Positions 52,569-61,089 of a stretch of 64,000 bases of DNA are shown here, one piece after another (within the stretch, counting starts at the first letter, position 1; each line of letters starts with the position of its first letter). Position numbers and translations under genes: made by a program. This stretch comes from Bryobacteraceae bacterium (lineage in GTDB: Bacteria; Acidobacteriota; Terriglobia; Bryobacterales; Bryobacteraceae), in contig JBEKPZ010000013.1 of assembly GCA_049520215.1 (NCBI GenBank), positions 3,334 to 67,333 on the forward strand, written 5' to 3'. The notes under the pieces are model-generated. The model made no database searches. It had not been told where the DNA came from and saw only the letters and a list, made by a program, of their open reading frames with translations.

Positions 52569-53090
52569 GTGCGGAGACGCCATCGCATTATCGGACTCTG
52601 GCTGCTCCTGGTCATGGCTTTTCCGGCCGGCGCGCATAACGGGCCGCCCTTCCCGATTATTGTGGACCGGCACGTCGGGCCGTACGTCATTTCGCTTTGG
52701 ACCCATCCCGATGTCGGAACGGGATTGTTCTGGGTGATGATGGAACCGCCCCGAGGAACCGCCGTCCCGAAGGATCTGAAGATCGCGATCGGCGTGCAGC
52801 CGGTAAGCGGCCGGCTCCAGGAAAAGCGCTACGCCGCGCGACTGGATACCAGCAGCGCTCAGGTGCAATACATCGCCGAGGTGCCATTCGACGCGCAGGA
52901 GCTTTGGCGCGTCCACGTGCTGCTGGATAGCTCCGCGGGACACGGGGAATCGACCGCGACTGTAGAAGTGACACCGCCGGGGCTGGGGCGGTGGGACCTG
53001 CTGTGGTTCGCCTCGCCTTTCGCCGCCGTGGCCTTTCTCTGGTTTCGGGCGCTAGCCCGGAGGAGAAGGCGTACATCGGCGTTAAAATAG
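52569..53090 (+). CDS. Exported protein with predicted mature N-terminal His and a C-terminal TM anchor
   Basis: Signal peptide MRRRHRIIGLWLLLVMAFPAGA, then HNGPPFPIIVD. The C-terminal LLWFASPFAAVAFLWF helix is followed by RALARRRRR. It starts 3 nt after the FixG-like stop. Confidence 0.65.
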   Translation: MRRRHRIIGLWLLLVMAFPAGAHNGPPFPIIVDRHVGPYVISLWTHPDVGTGLFWVMMEPPRGTAVPKDLKIAIGVQPVSGRLQEKRYAARLDTSSAQVQYIAEVPFDAQELWRVHVLLDSSAGHGESTATVEVTPPGLGRWDLLWFASPFAAVAFLWFRALARRRRRTSALK

Positions 53091-53348
53091 GCCCGCAGGG
53101 AATCTGCCCTGGGCGGCCACAAATCACCATTGGGCGTGATACGGTAAATTAACCCGCCGCTCAGATTCCGAGTGGCGCGATCCGGACGAAATCGGTAGCC
53201 AACAGCAAACGTTGGGGAGGCTATGGGAGATTATCCTCACACGATGAGCCCCGACGTTGAGCAATTGATCTCATCGTCGTGCTTCACTCAGAGTGTGGGG
53301 AAGGCTTGATTTGCAAATGATTGGATTCAACTGAGGAAGAGAACCAAT

Positions 53349-54236
53349 ATGGCCGGCATGATAGAACTTGGCGGGACGAGATTTGCCAGGCGCTTCGTTC
53401 AAAACGGAGAGATTCGATTCCACATCGTCGACGGAGGCGTCGGGCCGACGGTCGTCCTCATTGCAGGCTTTCCACAGACCGCATATGCGTGGCGTCGGAT
53501 CCAGCCGTTGCTGGCTGGCTCTTACCGTACTCTTGCGATCGATCTTCCCGGCCAAGGCTACTCGGACAAGCCCTTGAACGGCTACGACACGCAAACTACG
53601 GCATCCCGACTTAACTGCCTTCTGAAGTCGTTGGAAGTGCAGCGACACTTTTACGTGGGGCACGACATCGGGTCATGGATTGGCTTCCCCTATGCACACC
53701 AATACGCAGCGGACTTAGATGGCGTCGTCTTCATAGACGGGAACATTCCTGGTATAACCCTGAAGTCCGAAGTATCGATCGCATCTCCTTCCAATTGGAG
53801 AAGCTGGCACTTCCTGTTCAATGCCCTGGTTGATCTTCCGGAGTTGCTGCTTGCCGGAAAAGAGCGCGTACTGCTTGAGTGGTTCTTCAACAAGAAGTCC
53901 GCTAATCCGATGGCGACCTTCGAGCCGGCTGATATCGATGAGTACGTGAAATGCTACGCTTCTCTGGGCGGCCTTCGGGGCATGCTCGGCTACTACAGGG
54001 CTGTCGAAGAGGATTTGCGGCAAAACCAGAAGCTGTTCGCTAACAAAATAAAGACACCCGTGTTAGCGCTGGGAGGCGATGTGGGCAGCGCGCCGGACAT
54101 CCATGAATTGATGAGGCCTCTCTGCGAGAATATTCGGGGAGGTCAAATCGGGTCTTGCGGGCACTACATTCCAGAAGAGCAGCCGGAGAAGCTTGCAACT
54201 GAACTCGATAACTTCTTTAAGGCGCCTCTTGGTTGA
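53349..54236 (+). CDS. Alpha/beta hydrolase, epoxide hydrolase/dehalogenase-like (Asp nucleophile)
   Basis: VVLIAGFPQTAYAWRR, DLPGQGYSDKP and YVGHDIGSWIG (GHDxG nucleophile elbow) are typical of the epoxide hydrolase/haloalkane or fluoroacetate dehalogenase subfamily. Confidence 0.85.
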   Translation: MAGMIELGGTRFARRFVQNGEIRFHIVDGGVGPTVVLIAGFPQTAYAWRRIQPLLAGSYRTLAIDLPGQGYSDKPLNGYDTQTTASRLNCLLKSLEVQRHFYVGHDIGSWIGFPYAHQYAADLDGVVFIDGNIPGITLKSEVSIASPSNWRSWHFLFNALVDLPELLLAGKERVLLEWFFNKKSANPMATFEPADIDEYVKCYASLGGLRGMLGYYRAVEEDLRQNQKLFANKIKTPVLALGGDVGSAPDIHELMRPLCENIRGGQIGSCGHYIPEEQPEKLATELDNFFKAPLG

Positions 54237-54343
54237 TGGACATCAACAGTCAGCCATCAGCTACCGTAAGCGGGCATGGCAGCCTTGTTCGGGACCGCTC
54301 GCCCTGGTGATTCCCGAGCGGCCGGTCGCCCACTCGAAGTAGT

Positions 54344-54781
54344 CTATTTGGCCGTGTAGTCGCCGAACTGTCGAGGTTCCCCGCCGATCTCGATCTCCCG
54401 AGGTATCCAGGTGAACGAACTGTGGCGATCGATTTTCCCTGGGCCTGTTTTCGCAGCCTTAACCGCTTGATCCGAAACCGCACGCGGTGAGCAGCGCATC
54501 CCGCACTTCAGCCCATCGCGTTCCGACAGGTAACACAGGGCCGGACCAATTCGACTCCGCTGCGCCAGTGACACGTGATCGAAATTCAGCGCGCACGCGG
54601 CCGGCATCCCGTCGCTGGCGGTCAATACTACCTCGGTCGTCAATCCTCGAATCGTTCGCGTCGCCGGCACCACGATGATCTCGTTCAGCCGATCGATGAC
54701 CTCGTCTCGTGTGAGAATCAAAACCGGCCGCCGCTTATCGGGAAGCCGAAACGTATACCAACGGATCTCACCACGCCTCAC
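54344..54781 (-). CDS. PemK/MazF family toxin, C-terminus probably frameshifted
   Basis: The GTG start overlaps the antitoxin stop (GTGA). RRGEIRWYTF...KRRPVLILTRDEVIDRLNEIIVVPATRT...ALNFDHVSLAQRSRIG is MazF-like. The expected C-terminal helix (WAEVRDALLTACGFGSSG-stop at 54459) lies in another frame. Confidence 0.7.
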   Translation of the reverse strand: MRRGEIRWYTFRLPDKRRPVLILTRDEVIDRLNEIIVVPATRTIRGLTTEVVLTASDGMPAACALNFDHVSLAQRSRIGPALCYLSERDGLKCGMRCSPRAVSDQAVKAAKTGPGKIDRHSSFTWIPREIEIGGEPRQFGDYTAK

Positions 54782-54993
54782 CCCACGTCCTCCCAGCCGT
54801 CCGCGTCCCACGCAATTGCCTCGTCGTCCGCCGAAAACTCGTCGCGCGAAGGTGGCACGGACCGGTAAACGGTCGCATCCTCGCCCGGCGGCGAGGCAAT
54901 CAGCCGAAGCAGACGTACGCGCTCCTGAGGAGTCAACGACGCGACTAGCGGAAGGATGTCGTCGGCCGTTAAAGTTTTGGCCATCGATTGCAT
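54778..54993 (-). CDS. Putative antitoxin of the MazF-like toxin
   Basis: 71-aa acidic ORF (C-terminal DEFSADDEAIAWDADGWEDVG) immediately upstream of and overlapping the toxin. Family not recognised. Confidence 0.55.
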   Translation of the reverse strand: MQSMAKTLTADDILPLVASLTPQERVRLLRLIASPPGEDATVYRSVPPSRDEFSADDEAIAWDADGWEDVG

Positions 54994-55255
54994 TCTAGCA
55001 GGATCACGCCACCGGGCCGGATCCGGTGACGTCAGTCCCTGGCAATCCGTCGCCCTCTCACGCCACTCCGACGAGAGGTCGACTCGCCCCTACGCGCCTT
55101 GAGGGCCACAGAACTTTGAACCCGGCGTGTTTTAACGCCTATGTATGGAGAAGCCACATCCGTGCCCCGATTCCCGACTCCCTAGTGGATTCATGCTATT
55201 GTGCGGAGCAGGCTGTTGTAGATATGCTCACCTAAGCGGGGGAGGGGTAGATCCA

Positions 55256-55408
55256 ATGTCAGACTCGGACGTGATAGCCAACCAGAAACTGATTGTCGAA
55301 AACCAGGCGAAGATCCTGGCAAACCAGGAGACCATAAAACAGAACCAGGTAGCGCTTGCGGCCATATTGAAGAACCAGGAGCGCATTCTGGCACTGTTAC
55401 AGAAGTAA
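55256..55408 (+). CDS. 50-aa microprotein with NQ heptad repeats
   Basis: Strong SD GGGGGAGGGG 8 nt upstream of the ATG. MSDSDVIANQKLIVENQAKILANQETIKQNQVALAAILKNQERILALLQK. Visibly AT-richer than its surroundings. Confidence 0.55.
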   Translation: MSDSDVIANQKLIVENQAKILANQETIKQNQVALAAILKNQERILALLQK

Positions 55409-55429
55409 ATACACGCTGAAATAACTGGC

Positions 55430-57226
55430 ATGAGAAGTAATCCTCTCCGCCAATTCGTATTGATCGCCTTCCTCGCAGCCCAACTGGCTTTCCCGCTGGT
55501 GTACAAGCGCCTGCAAGCGCGCGCCAAGGAACCCATGACTGTCGATCCAGCCACGGTCCTGGCCCGCTACGGCTTTCGCTTCCAAGAGTCCGCCAAGGCT
55601 GCCGGCATCGATTTCACGCACACTGCGGCGACCTTCGATCCCAAGCTCAGCCACATCATGCCGCAAGTGGCATCCATGGGGGCGGCGGTATCGATTGTGG
55701 ACTTCGATCGCGACGGCTGGCCGGATATCTACGTTACCAATAGCGGCGAGGGCAGCCACAACGCCCTCTATCGGAACCTGGGCGACGGCACCTTCCGCGA
55801 CGTGGCCGCAGAGGTGGGGTTGGCCGACGTCAACCTACCAGGAACGGGCGTGTCCACGGGCGCGGTATGGGGCGATTACGACAACGATGGCTACGAAGAC
55901 GTCTTCATCTATAAATGGGGCAAACCGGAGCTCTTCCATAACGACGGCGGCAAACATTTCACGCGTGTCACCGAACAGGCCGGCCTGCCGAAATGGGTGA
56001 ATGCGAATTCGGCCATCTGGTTCGATTACGATCATGACGGAAAGCTCGACTTGTTTCTGGGCGGCTACTATCCGGAGGATATAGACCTCTGGCATCTGAA
56101 CAACACCCGGATGATGCCCGACAGTTTCGAATATGCCCGGAACGGCGGGCGCAAGTATCTTTTCCACAATCTGGGCGGCGGACGTTTCGAAGAGGTCTCC
56201 GCGCGGATGGGCATCAACTCGCGCCGATGGGCGCTGGCGGCGGTGGCAGCCGACCTGCGCGGCACGGGCTACCCCGATCTGTTTGTGGCCAATGATTATG
56301 GCGTATCCGAGGTTTACTTCAACGAAGGCGGCAAGCGGTTTCGCGAAGCCGGCAAGGAAACGGGCATCGGCGCAGCGCCCAAGAGCGGCATGAACGCGGC
56401 GGTTGGCGATGTGCTCAATCAGGGCCGCTTCGGCGTTTATGTTTCGAACATCTCGGAGGAGGGTGTGCTGGTGCAGGGCAACAACCTGTGGATGCCGCGG
56501 GCGGGCACATCCGGCGCGAATATCCAGTACGACAACATGGCTACCGCGATGGGCGTGGATTTAGGCGGCTGGAGCTTCGGCGCACAATTCGGCGATTTGA
56601 ACAACGACGGCTTTCTGGATCTGTACGCGGTGAACGGGAACGTGTCGCTCGACCGCAATCGGAGCTATTGGTACGACTACTCCAAAGTTGCGGGCGGCAA
56701 CTCGGCCATCATCTCCGACGCCGCCAACTGGCCCCCGTTGGACGGGCGCAGCCTATCCGGTTATCAGCAGAAGCGAGTCTGGATCAACGACGGCGCGGGT
56801 CAATTCAAAGAAGTCGCTCAGCTCGTCGGCGTCACGGATGTTTATGACGGCCGCTCCATCGCGCTGGCGGATTTTGGAAATCGGGGCGCCCTGGACGCCG
56901 TGGTAGCGAACGAAAGAGGTCCGCTGCTGTTGTACCGGAATACCGTGTCGCCGGAAAACCGGTGGATCGAGTTCGAGTTGGAAGGCCGCACGAGCAACCG
57001 CAGCGCAATCGGCGCCCAAGTGAAAGTGCTCTGGAATGGCCAGGAGCAGGTTCAGGAAGTCTCCGGTGGAAGCGGCTTTTGCGCACAAAACCAGCGGCGG
57101 CTGCACTTCGGATTGGGTAAGGCTAGCAGTGTCGGGAAGGTCGAGATTCGCTGGCCGTCGGGCCAGACGCAAACCCTCGCCGCGCCGGAGCTGAATCGTA
57201 TCCATAAGGTAGTTGAGCCTTCATGA
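55430..57226 (+). CDS. CRTAC1 family protein (FG-GAP/VCBS repeats plus ASPIC/UnbV)
   Basis: FDRDGWPDIYVTNSG, GDYDNDGYEDVFIY, FDYDHDGKLDLFLGG, GDLNNDGFLDLYAVNG, and the ASPIC/UnbV-like NRSAIGAQVKV...GGSGFCAQNQRRLHFGLG...VEIRWPSG. Confidence 0.85.
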   Translation: MRSNPLRQFVLIAFLAAQLAFPLVYKRLQARAKEPMTVDPATVLARYGFRFQESAKAAGIDFTHTAATFDPKLSHIMPQVASMGAAVSIVDFDRDGWPDIYVTNSGEGSHNALYRNLGDGTFRDVAAEVGLADVNLPGTGVSTGAVWGDYDNDGYEDVFIYKWGKPELFHNDGGKHFTRVTEQAGLPKWVNANSAIWFDYDHDGKLDLFLGGYYPEDIDLWHLNNTRMMPDSFEYARNGGRKYLFHNLGGGRFEEVSARMGINSRRWALAAVAADLRGTGYPDLFVANDYGVSEVYFNEGGKRFREAGKETGIGAAPKSGMNAAVGDVLNQGRFGVYVSNISEEGVLVQGNNLWMPRAGTSGANIQYDNMATAMGVDLGGWSFGAQFGDLNNDGFLDLYAVNGNVSLDRNRSYWYDYSKVAGGNSAIISDAANWPPLDGRSLSGYQQKRVWINDGAGQFKEVAQLVGVTDVYDGRSIALADFGNRGALDAVVANERGPLLLYRNTVSPENRWIEFELEGRTSNRSAIGAQVKVLWNGQEQVQEVSGGSGFCAQNQRRLHFGLGKASSVGKVEIRWPSGQTQTLAAPELNRIHKVVEPS

Positions 57227-58059
57227 GCACCGGACTCGCCACCGTGGCTCCTAAGCCCAGGTCCCCGCTAGGGCGCTTTTTCAGCGCTGAAAATCGCTAT
57301 CTCTCGCCGCTGTTCATCACCCTGATCCTGCTGGTGGGCAATCTGTCGTTCGGCCTGCTGGAGAGCTTCTCGCGAACGCTACTGGCGATCGGCACGGCGC
57401 TGTCGCTGGAGATCGTATTAGGACGCTGGTTCTGGGGCAAGATTCCGAATCTCGCCAGCGGCTACATCACCGGCATCAGTGTGGGCATTCTGCTGCGCTC
57501 GCCGGAATTCTGGCCCTATGGCCTCTGCAGCGCCATTGCGATTACTTCCAAGTATGCGATTCGCGTACGCGGCCGCCATATCTGGAATCCGTCCAACTTC
57601 GCGATTTGCGCCATGCTGCTGGTCGCGCCGGAGTTCGTCGCGGCGCTGAGCATTCAATGGGGGAACACGGTCTGGCCCATGGTAGTGATTTGGGTGCTGG
57701 GAGCCTTCATCGTTTATCGCGTACAGCGCTTTCATATCACAGCGACATACGTAGCTTCGTTTGTGGCCCTGGCGCTGCTGCGAACGCTGATCACCGGGCA
57801 CCCTTTCCTGGCTGAAGTCGCGCCCATCACGGGTCCGATGTACCAGCTTTTCATTTTTTTCATGATTACCGATCCGAAGACCACGGTGACACCGAAGTGG
57901 GCGCAATGTCTGGTGGCCGGGCTGGTGGCGGTAGCGGAACTGATTCTGCGCCTCGCGCACATCGTCAACGCGCCGTTTTTCGCCCTGACGATTGTCGGGC
58001 CGGCGGCGATGCTGGTGGAGATTTGGCGGAGCTCGCGGCCGGCGAAAACCCACGCCTGA
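57223..58059 (+). CDS. RnfD/NqrB-like (NQR2_RnfD_RnfE family) polytopic membrane protein
   Basis: HIWNPSNFAI and LFIFFMITDPKTTV resemble the RnfD/NqrB motifs HxFNPA and FFMxTDPxT. The ATGA overlaps the CRTAC1 stop. Confidence 0.7.
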   Translation: MSTGLATVAPKPRSPLGRFFSAENRYLSPLFITLILLVGNLSFGLLESFSRTLLAIGTALSLEIVLGRWFWGKIPNLASGYITGISVGILLRSPEFWPYGLCSAIAITSKYAIRVRGRHIWNPSNFAICAMLLVAPEFVAALSIQWGNTVWPMVVIWVLGAFIVYRVQRFHITATYVASFVALALLRTLITGHPFLAEVAPITGPMYQLFIFFMITDPKTTVTPKWAQCLVAGLVAVAELILRLAHIVNAPFFALTIVGPAAMLVEIWRSSRPAKTHA

Positions 58060-58064
58060 TTCCA

Positions 58065-58799
58065 ATGACTGAATTTGCCGGCGGCGGGTTGCTGGATCCG
58101 GTCGCCGCCTATGATCTGATCGCACCTGTCTATGCGCGCCTGGCGAAACAGCGCCAGGCGTATCTCGACGCCATCGATCGGTGTATCGTGGCCGAAATTC
58201 CACCCGGCAGCCGGTCGCTGCTGGATGTAGGCGCCGGGGACGGCGCGCGCGCTGCGCGTATCGCCGAGGCCGCCGGCTTGCGGGGTCTCACTCTGTTGGA
58301 GCCGAGCAGCGTCATGCTGAGCCGCTGTGCTACGAGGGCAACCATCTGGGCCATGCGGGCCGAGAATCTTCACTCGCAGCAAGGTAGCTTCGACGTCGTC
58401 ACCTGTCTCTGGAACGTCCTCGGACATATTCAACCCGCCGCTGTCCGGGTTCAAATGCTGCGCCAGCTCGCGCGGCTGGTGTCGGCGGGAGGCAGGGTCT
58501 TCATCGACCTGAACCACCGCTATAACGCGCGTCACTACGGAACCATACCGACCGCCGCTCGTTACCTCCGGGACTGGGTATCGCCAGGCGAACATAACGG
58601 CGATGTCAGGGTCACCTGGGACATAGAAGGCCAGCGCATCTCGACCACCGGACACGTCTTTACCCATCGGGAGTTCATCGCCCTGTCCCAGGCCGCCGGT
58701 CTAACGATCGAGAAACGGTTTGTGGTGGACTATGCTTCGGGACAGCACCGGCGGCGGAGTTGCGCAGGCAATTTCCTCTATGTTCTGCGCAACCTGTGA
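58065..58799 (+). CDS. Class I SAM-dependent methyltransferase
   Basis: LLDVGAGDGARAARIA (motif I), FDVVTCLWNVLGHI and GGRVFIDLNH. It starts 5 nt after the previous stop. Confidence 0.85.
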   Translation: MTEFAGGGLLDPVAAYDLIAPVYARLAKQRQAYLDAIDRCIVAEIPPGSRSLLDVGAGDGARAARIAEAAGLRGLTLLEPSSVMLSRCATRATIWAMRAENLHSQQGSFDVVTCLWNVLGHIQPAAVRVQMLRQLARLVSAGGRVFIDLNHRYNARHYGTIPTAARYLRDWVSPGEHNGDVRVTWDIEGQRISTTGHVFTHREFIALSQAAGLTIEKRFVVDYASGQHRRRSCAGNFLYVLRNL

Positions 58800-59914
58800 A
58801 CGTTCTCCAGCGCCTCGCGCAGGGTCAGGCAAACCTCGGCGATTTCGTCGTCGGTGACCCGATTGAAAAACGGCAGCGCCACCGTGCGGGGCGCCACCTG
58901 CTCGGTGACGGTCAAATCGCACGCGCGATTGGCATATGCTGCGTAGAGCGGTTGCCGGTGCAGAGGAGCGAAATAGCGCCCGCAACCAATACCCCGCGCC
59001 GCCATGAAGCCAACCACTCCGTCGCGGTCCTCCTGCGTGCAGCACGTCGGCAGGCGGACGACGAACACGAACCAGCACGCCCGCCCCTCCGCCGCCTGAA
59101 GTACTGGGAGGATCAGATCTGGAACCGTCCGCAGATGTTCGTGGTAACAGGCCGCCCGATTTTCACGCCGCGAGAGAATGCTGTCGATCCGCTTCATTTG
59201 CGAGATGCCCAGAGCACAGTTGATGTCGGAAAGCCGGTAGTTGTAACCGAGCAGGCTATGGTTCAGCCAGGCGTCGGCCGGCTGCCTGCCCTGATTGCGC
59301 AGCGCACGAATCGTCTCGGCCAGGTGACGATCGCGCGTGACCACCATTCCGCCTTCGCCGGTGGTGATTGGCTTGTTGGGGTAGAAACCGAAGACTCCCA
59401 AGTCACCCAGCCCGCCGACTTTCCTTCCGCCATACTCGGCGCCCAGCGCCTCGCAAGCGTCCTCAATCACCCTGAGCCCGTGCCGGGCGGCAATGTCGAG
59501 GATTGGATCGAGGTCCGCGGGATGCCCGAACGTGTGCACCGCGATGATGGCGCGAGTCCTGGGCGTGATGGCCCGCAGTATGCTCTCGGGTGTCAGGTTG
59601 AGCGTGCGCGGATCGATATCGGCGAATACCGGCCTGGCTCGTTGATAAAGAACCGCATGGGCGGCGGCAATGAAAGTGAAGGACGGGACAATCACTTCAT
59701 CGTTCTCGCCGATTCCCAGAGCAGCCAGGCCCAGGTGCAATCCGGCCGTGCCCGAAGAAAGCGCTACGCCGTACGGCACACCGACATAGTGGGCCAGCGA
59801 TTCCTCGAATTCTTCCAACTTCGGGCCGAGACTGAGCCGGGGGCTGCGCAGCACGGCCACCACGGCTTCGATATCGGCCTCGGCGATGTCCGGCGCCGAA
59901 AGCGGAATCCTCAT
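58778..59914 (-). CDS. DegT/DnrJ/EryC1/StrS family sugar aminotransferase
   Basis: Start at MRIPLSAPDIAEADIEAVVAVL. DEVIVPSFTFIAAAHAV, GDLGVFGFYPNKPITTGEGG (PLP-Lys region) and YNYRLSDINCALG. Confidence 0.9.
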   Translation of the reverse strand: MRIPLSAPDIAEADIEAVVAVLRSPRLSLGPKLEEFEESLAHYVGVPYGVALSSGTAGLHLGLAALGIGENDEVIVPSFTFIAAAHAVLYQRARPVFADIDPRTLNLTPESILRAITPRTRAIIAVHTFGHPADLDPILDIAARHGLRVIEDACEALGAEYGGRKVGGLGDLGVFGFYPNKPITTGEGGMVVTRDRHLAETIRALRNQGRQPADAWLNHSLLGYNYRLSDINCALGISQMKRIDSILSRRENRAACYHEHLRTVPDLILPVLQAAEGRACWFVFVVRLPTCCTQEDRDGVVGFMAARGIGCGRYFAPLHRQPLYAAYANRACDLTVTEQVAPRTVALPFFNRVTDDEIAEVCLTLREALENVHRLRRT

Positions 59915-61089
59915 TTCGACAGCCCTGAGGCATTCTCGTCCAAGACGGGTGCCCGCTTGGTCAGGAGTTCCTCGCCCAGCGGTACGGACGCCAGCACGGA
60001 GACGATTCGTTCCGCGGCATGCCCGTCGCCATAGGGGTTTTCCATTCCGCGAAGCGATCGGCGAAAGCCCTCCCTGGTCGCGACGCCGACGCGATCCAGA
60101 ATGGAGGCGGGGCTGGCCTCGGCATCGAGTACATTGCGAGCTCGCTCCCGCCCGCGCTGCCTTATCCCCACGTTGACCACCGGCAACTCGAACGAGGCCG
60201 CCTCCATGATCCCGCTGCTGGAGTTTCCCACCAATAAATCGACGCATCCCAACAGGCTCCAATAAAGCGCCGGATCCAGATTGACGAAGACCCTGCCGCT
60301 TCCAAGCCGGCGGATGCAGTTATTCGTGCGCTCGATCAGCTCCCGGCTGCCGGCGTCGGCGTTCGGATAGCAGAACAAAAGCTGCGCTGGCACGGATTCA
60401 AGCGCCAGGAACAGGGCGTCGGCTTCCCGTGTGGTATCGCGAGCTATGGTCGTTGGGTGGAATGCAACCAAGGCTGTTGCTGGCGTGAAATGAATGTCGA
60501 GGCGATCCTCAACTTGTTCGCGGCTCATCAGCCGGCTGCGACGGAGGTGGTCGAGCGAAGGAGCGCCGGCCCGGTGTACGCGCCACTCCTCCTCGCCCAT
60601 GGCGACCACTCGGCGCCGTGCCAATTCCGTGGACGTGAAGTGGACGTGGCTCAGTTTGGTCAGTGCGTTGCGGATGGCGTCGTCAATGGCGCCTTCGCTG
60701 ACCTCCCCGCCTTCTACGTGCGCGATTGGGATTCGCAGGGCCGTCGCCACCGTCGCCGGAGCCAGCATCTCGTAACGGTCCGCAATGAGTAACAGCAGGT
60801 CGGGACGCATCCGGCCAAGGCAGTCGGCCAGGCCGAGGGTGGCAACACCGATGGTCTTCGCCATGCCGACATCGCTATCGGAACTCAGCAGGCATTCGAT
60901 CCGCGCCTCCATCGGGAACCCGTCGTTTTCGATCTCTCCAGCCGTGCAGCCGAATTCGGGCGATAGATGGGATCCAAGCGCGATGAGCTTCAGATCCACG
61001 CCCGGGTGTGCCGCCAATTCTTTCAGAGGCCAGTAGAGATGGCAGTAGTCGGCGCGCGAGGAAGTGACGACGGCGATCCTGCGCCTCAT
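59911..61089 (-). CDS. UDP-N-acetylglucosamine 2-epimerase, hydrolysing (NeuC/LegG-like)
   Basis: RRIAVVTSSRADY, LLIADRYEMLAPATVATALRIPIAHVEGGEVSEGAIDDAIRNALTKLSHVHF and LLVGNSSSGIMEA. Confidence 0.88.
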   Translation of the reverse strand: MRRRIAVVTSSRADYCHLYWPLKELAAHPGVDLKLIALGSHLSPEFGCTAGEIENDGFPMEARIECLLSSDSDVGMAKTIGVATLGLADCLGRMRPDLLLLIADRYEMLAPATVATALRIPIAHVEGGEVSEGAIDDAIRNALTKLSHVHFTSTELARRRVVAMGEEEWRVHRAGAPSLDHLRRSRLMSREQVEDRLDIHFTPATALVAFHPTTIARDTTREADALFLALESVPAQLLFCYPNADAGSRELIERTNNCIRRLGSGRVFVNLDPALYWSLLGCVDLLVGNSSSGIMEAASFELPVVNVGIRQRGRERARNVLDAEASPASILDRVGVATREGFRRSLRGMENPYGDGHAAERIVSVLASVPLGEELLTKRAPVLDENASGLSK

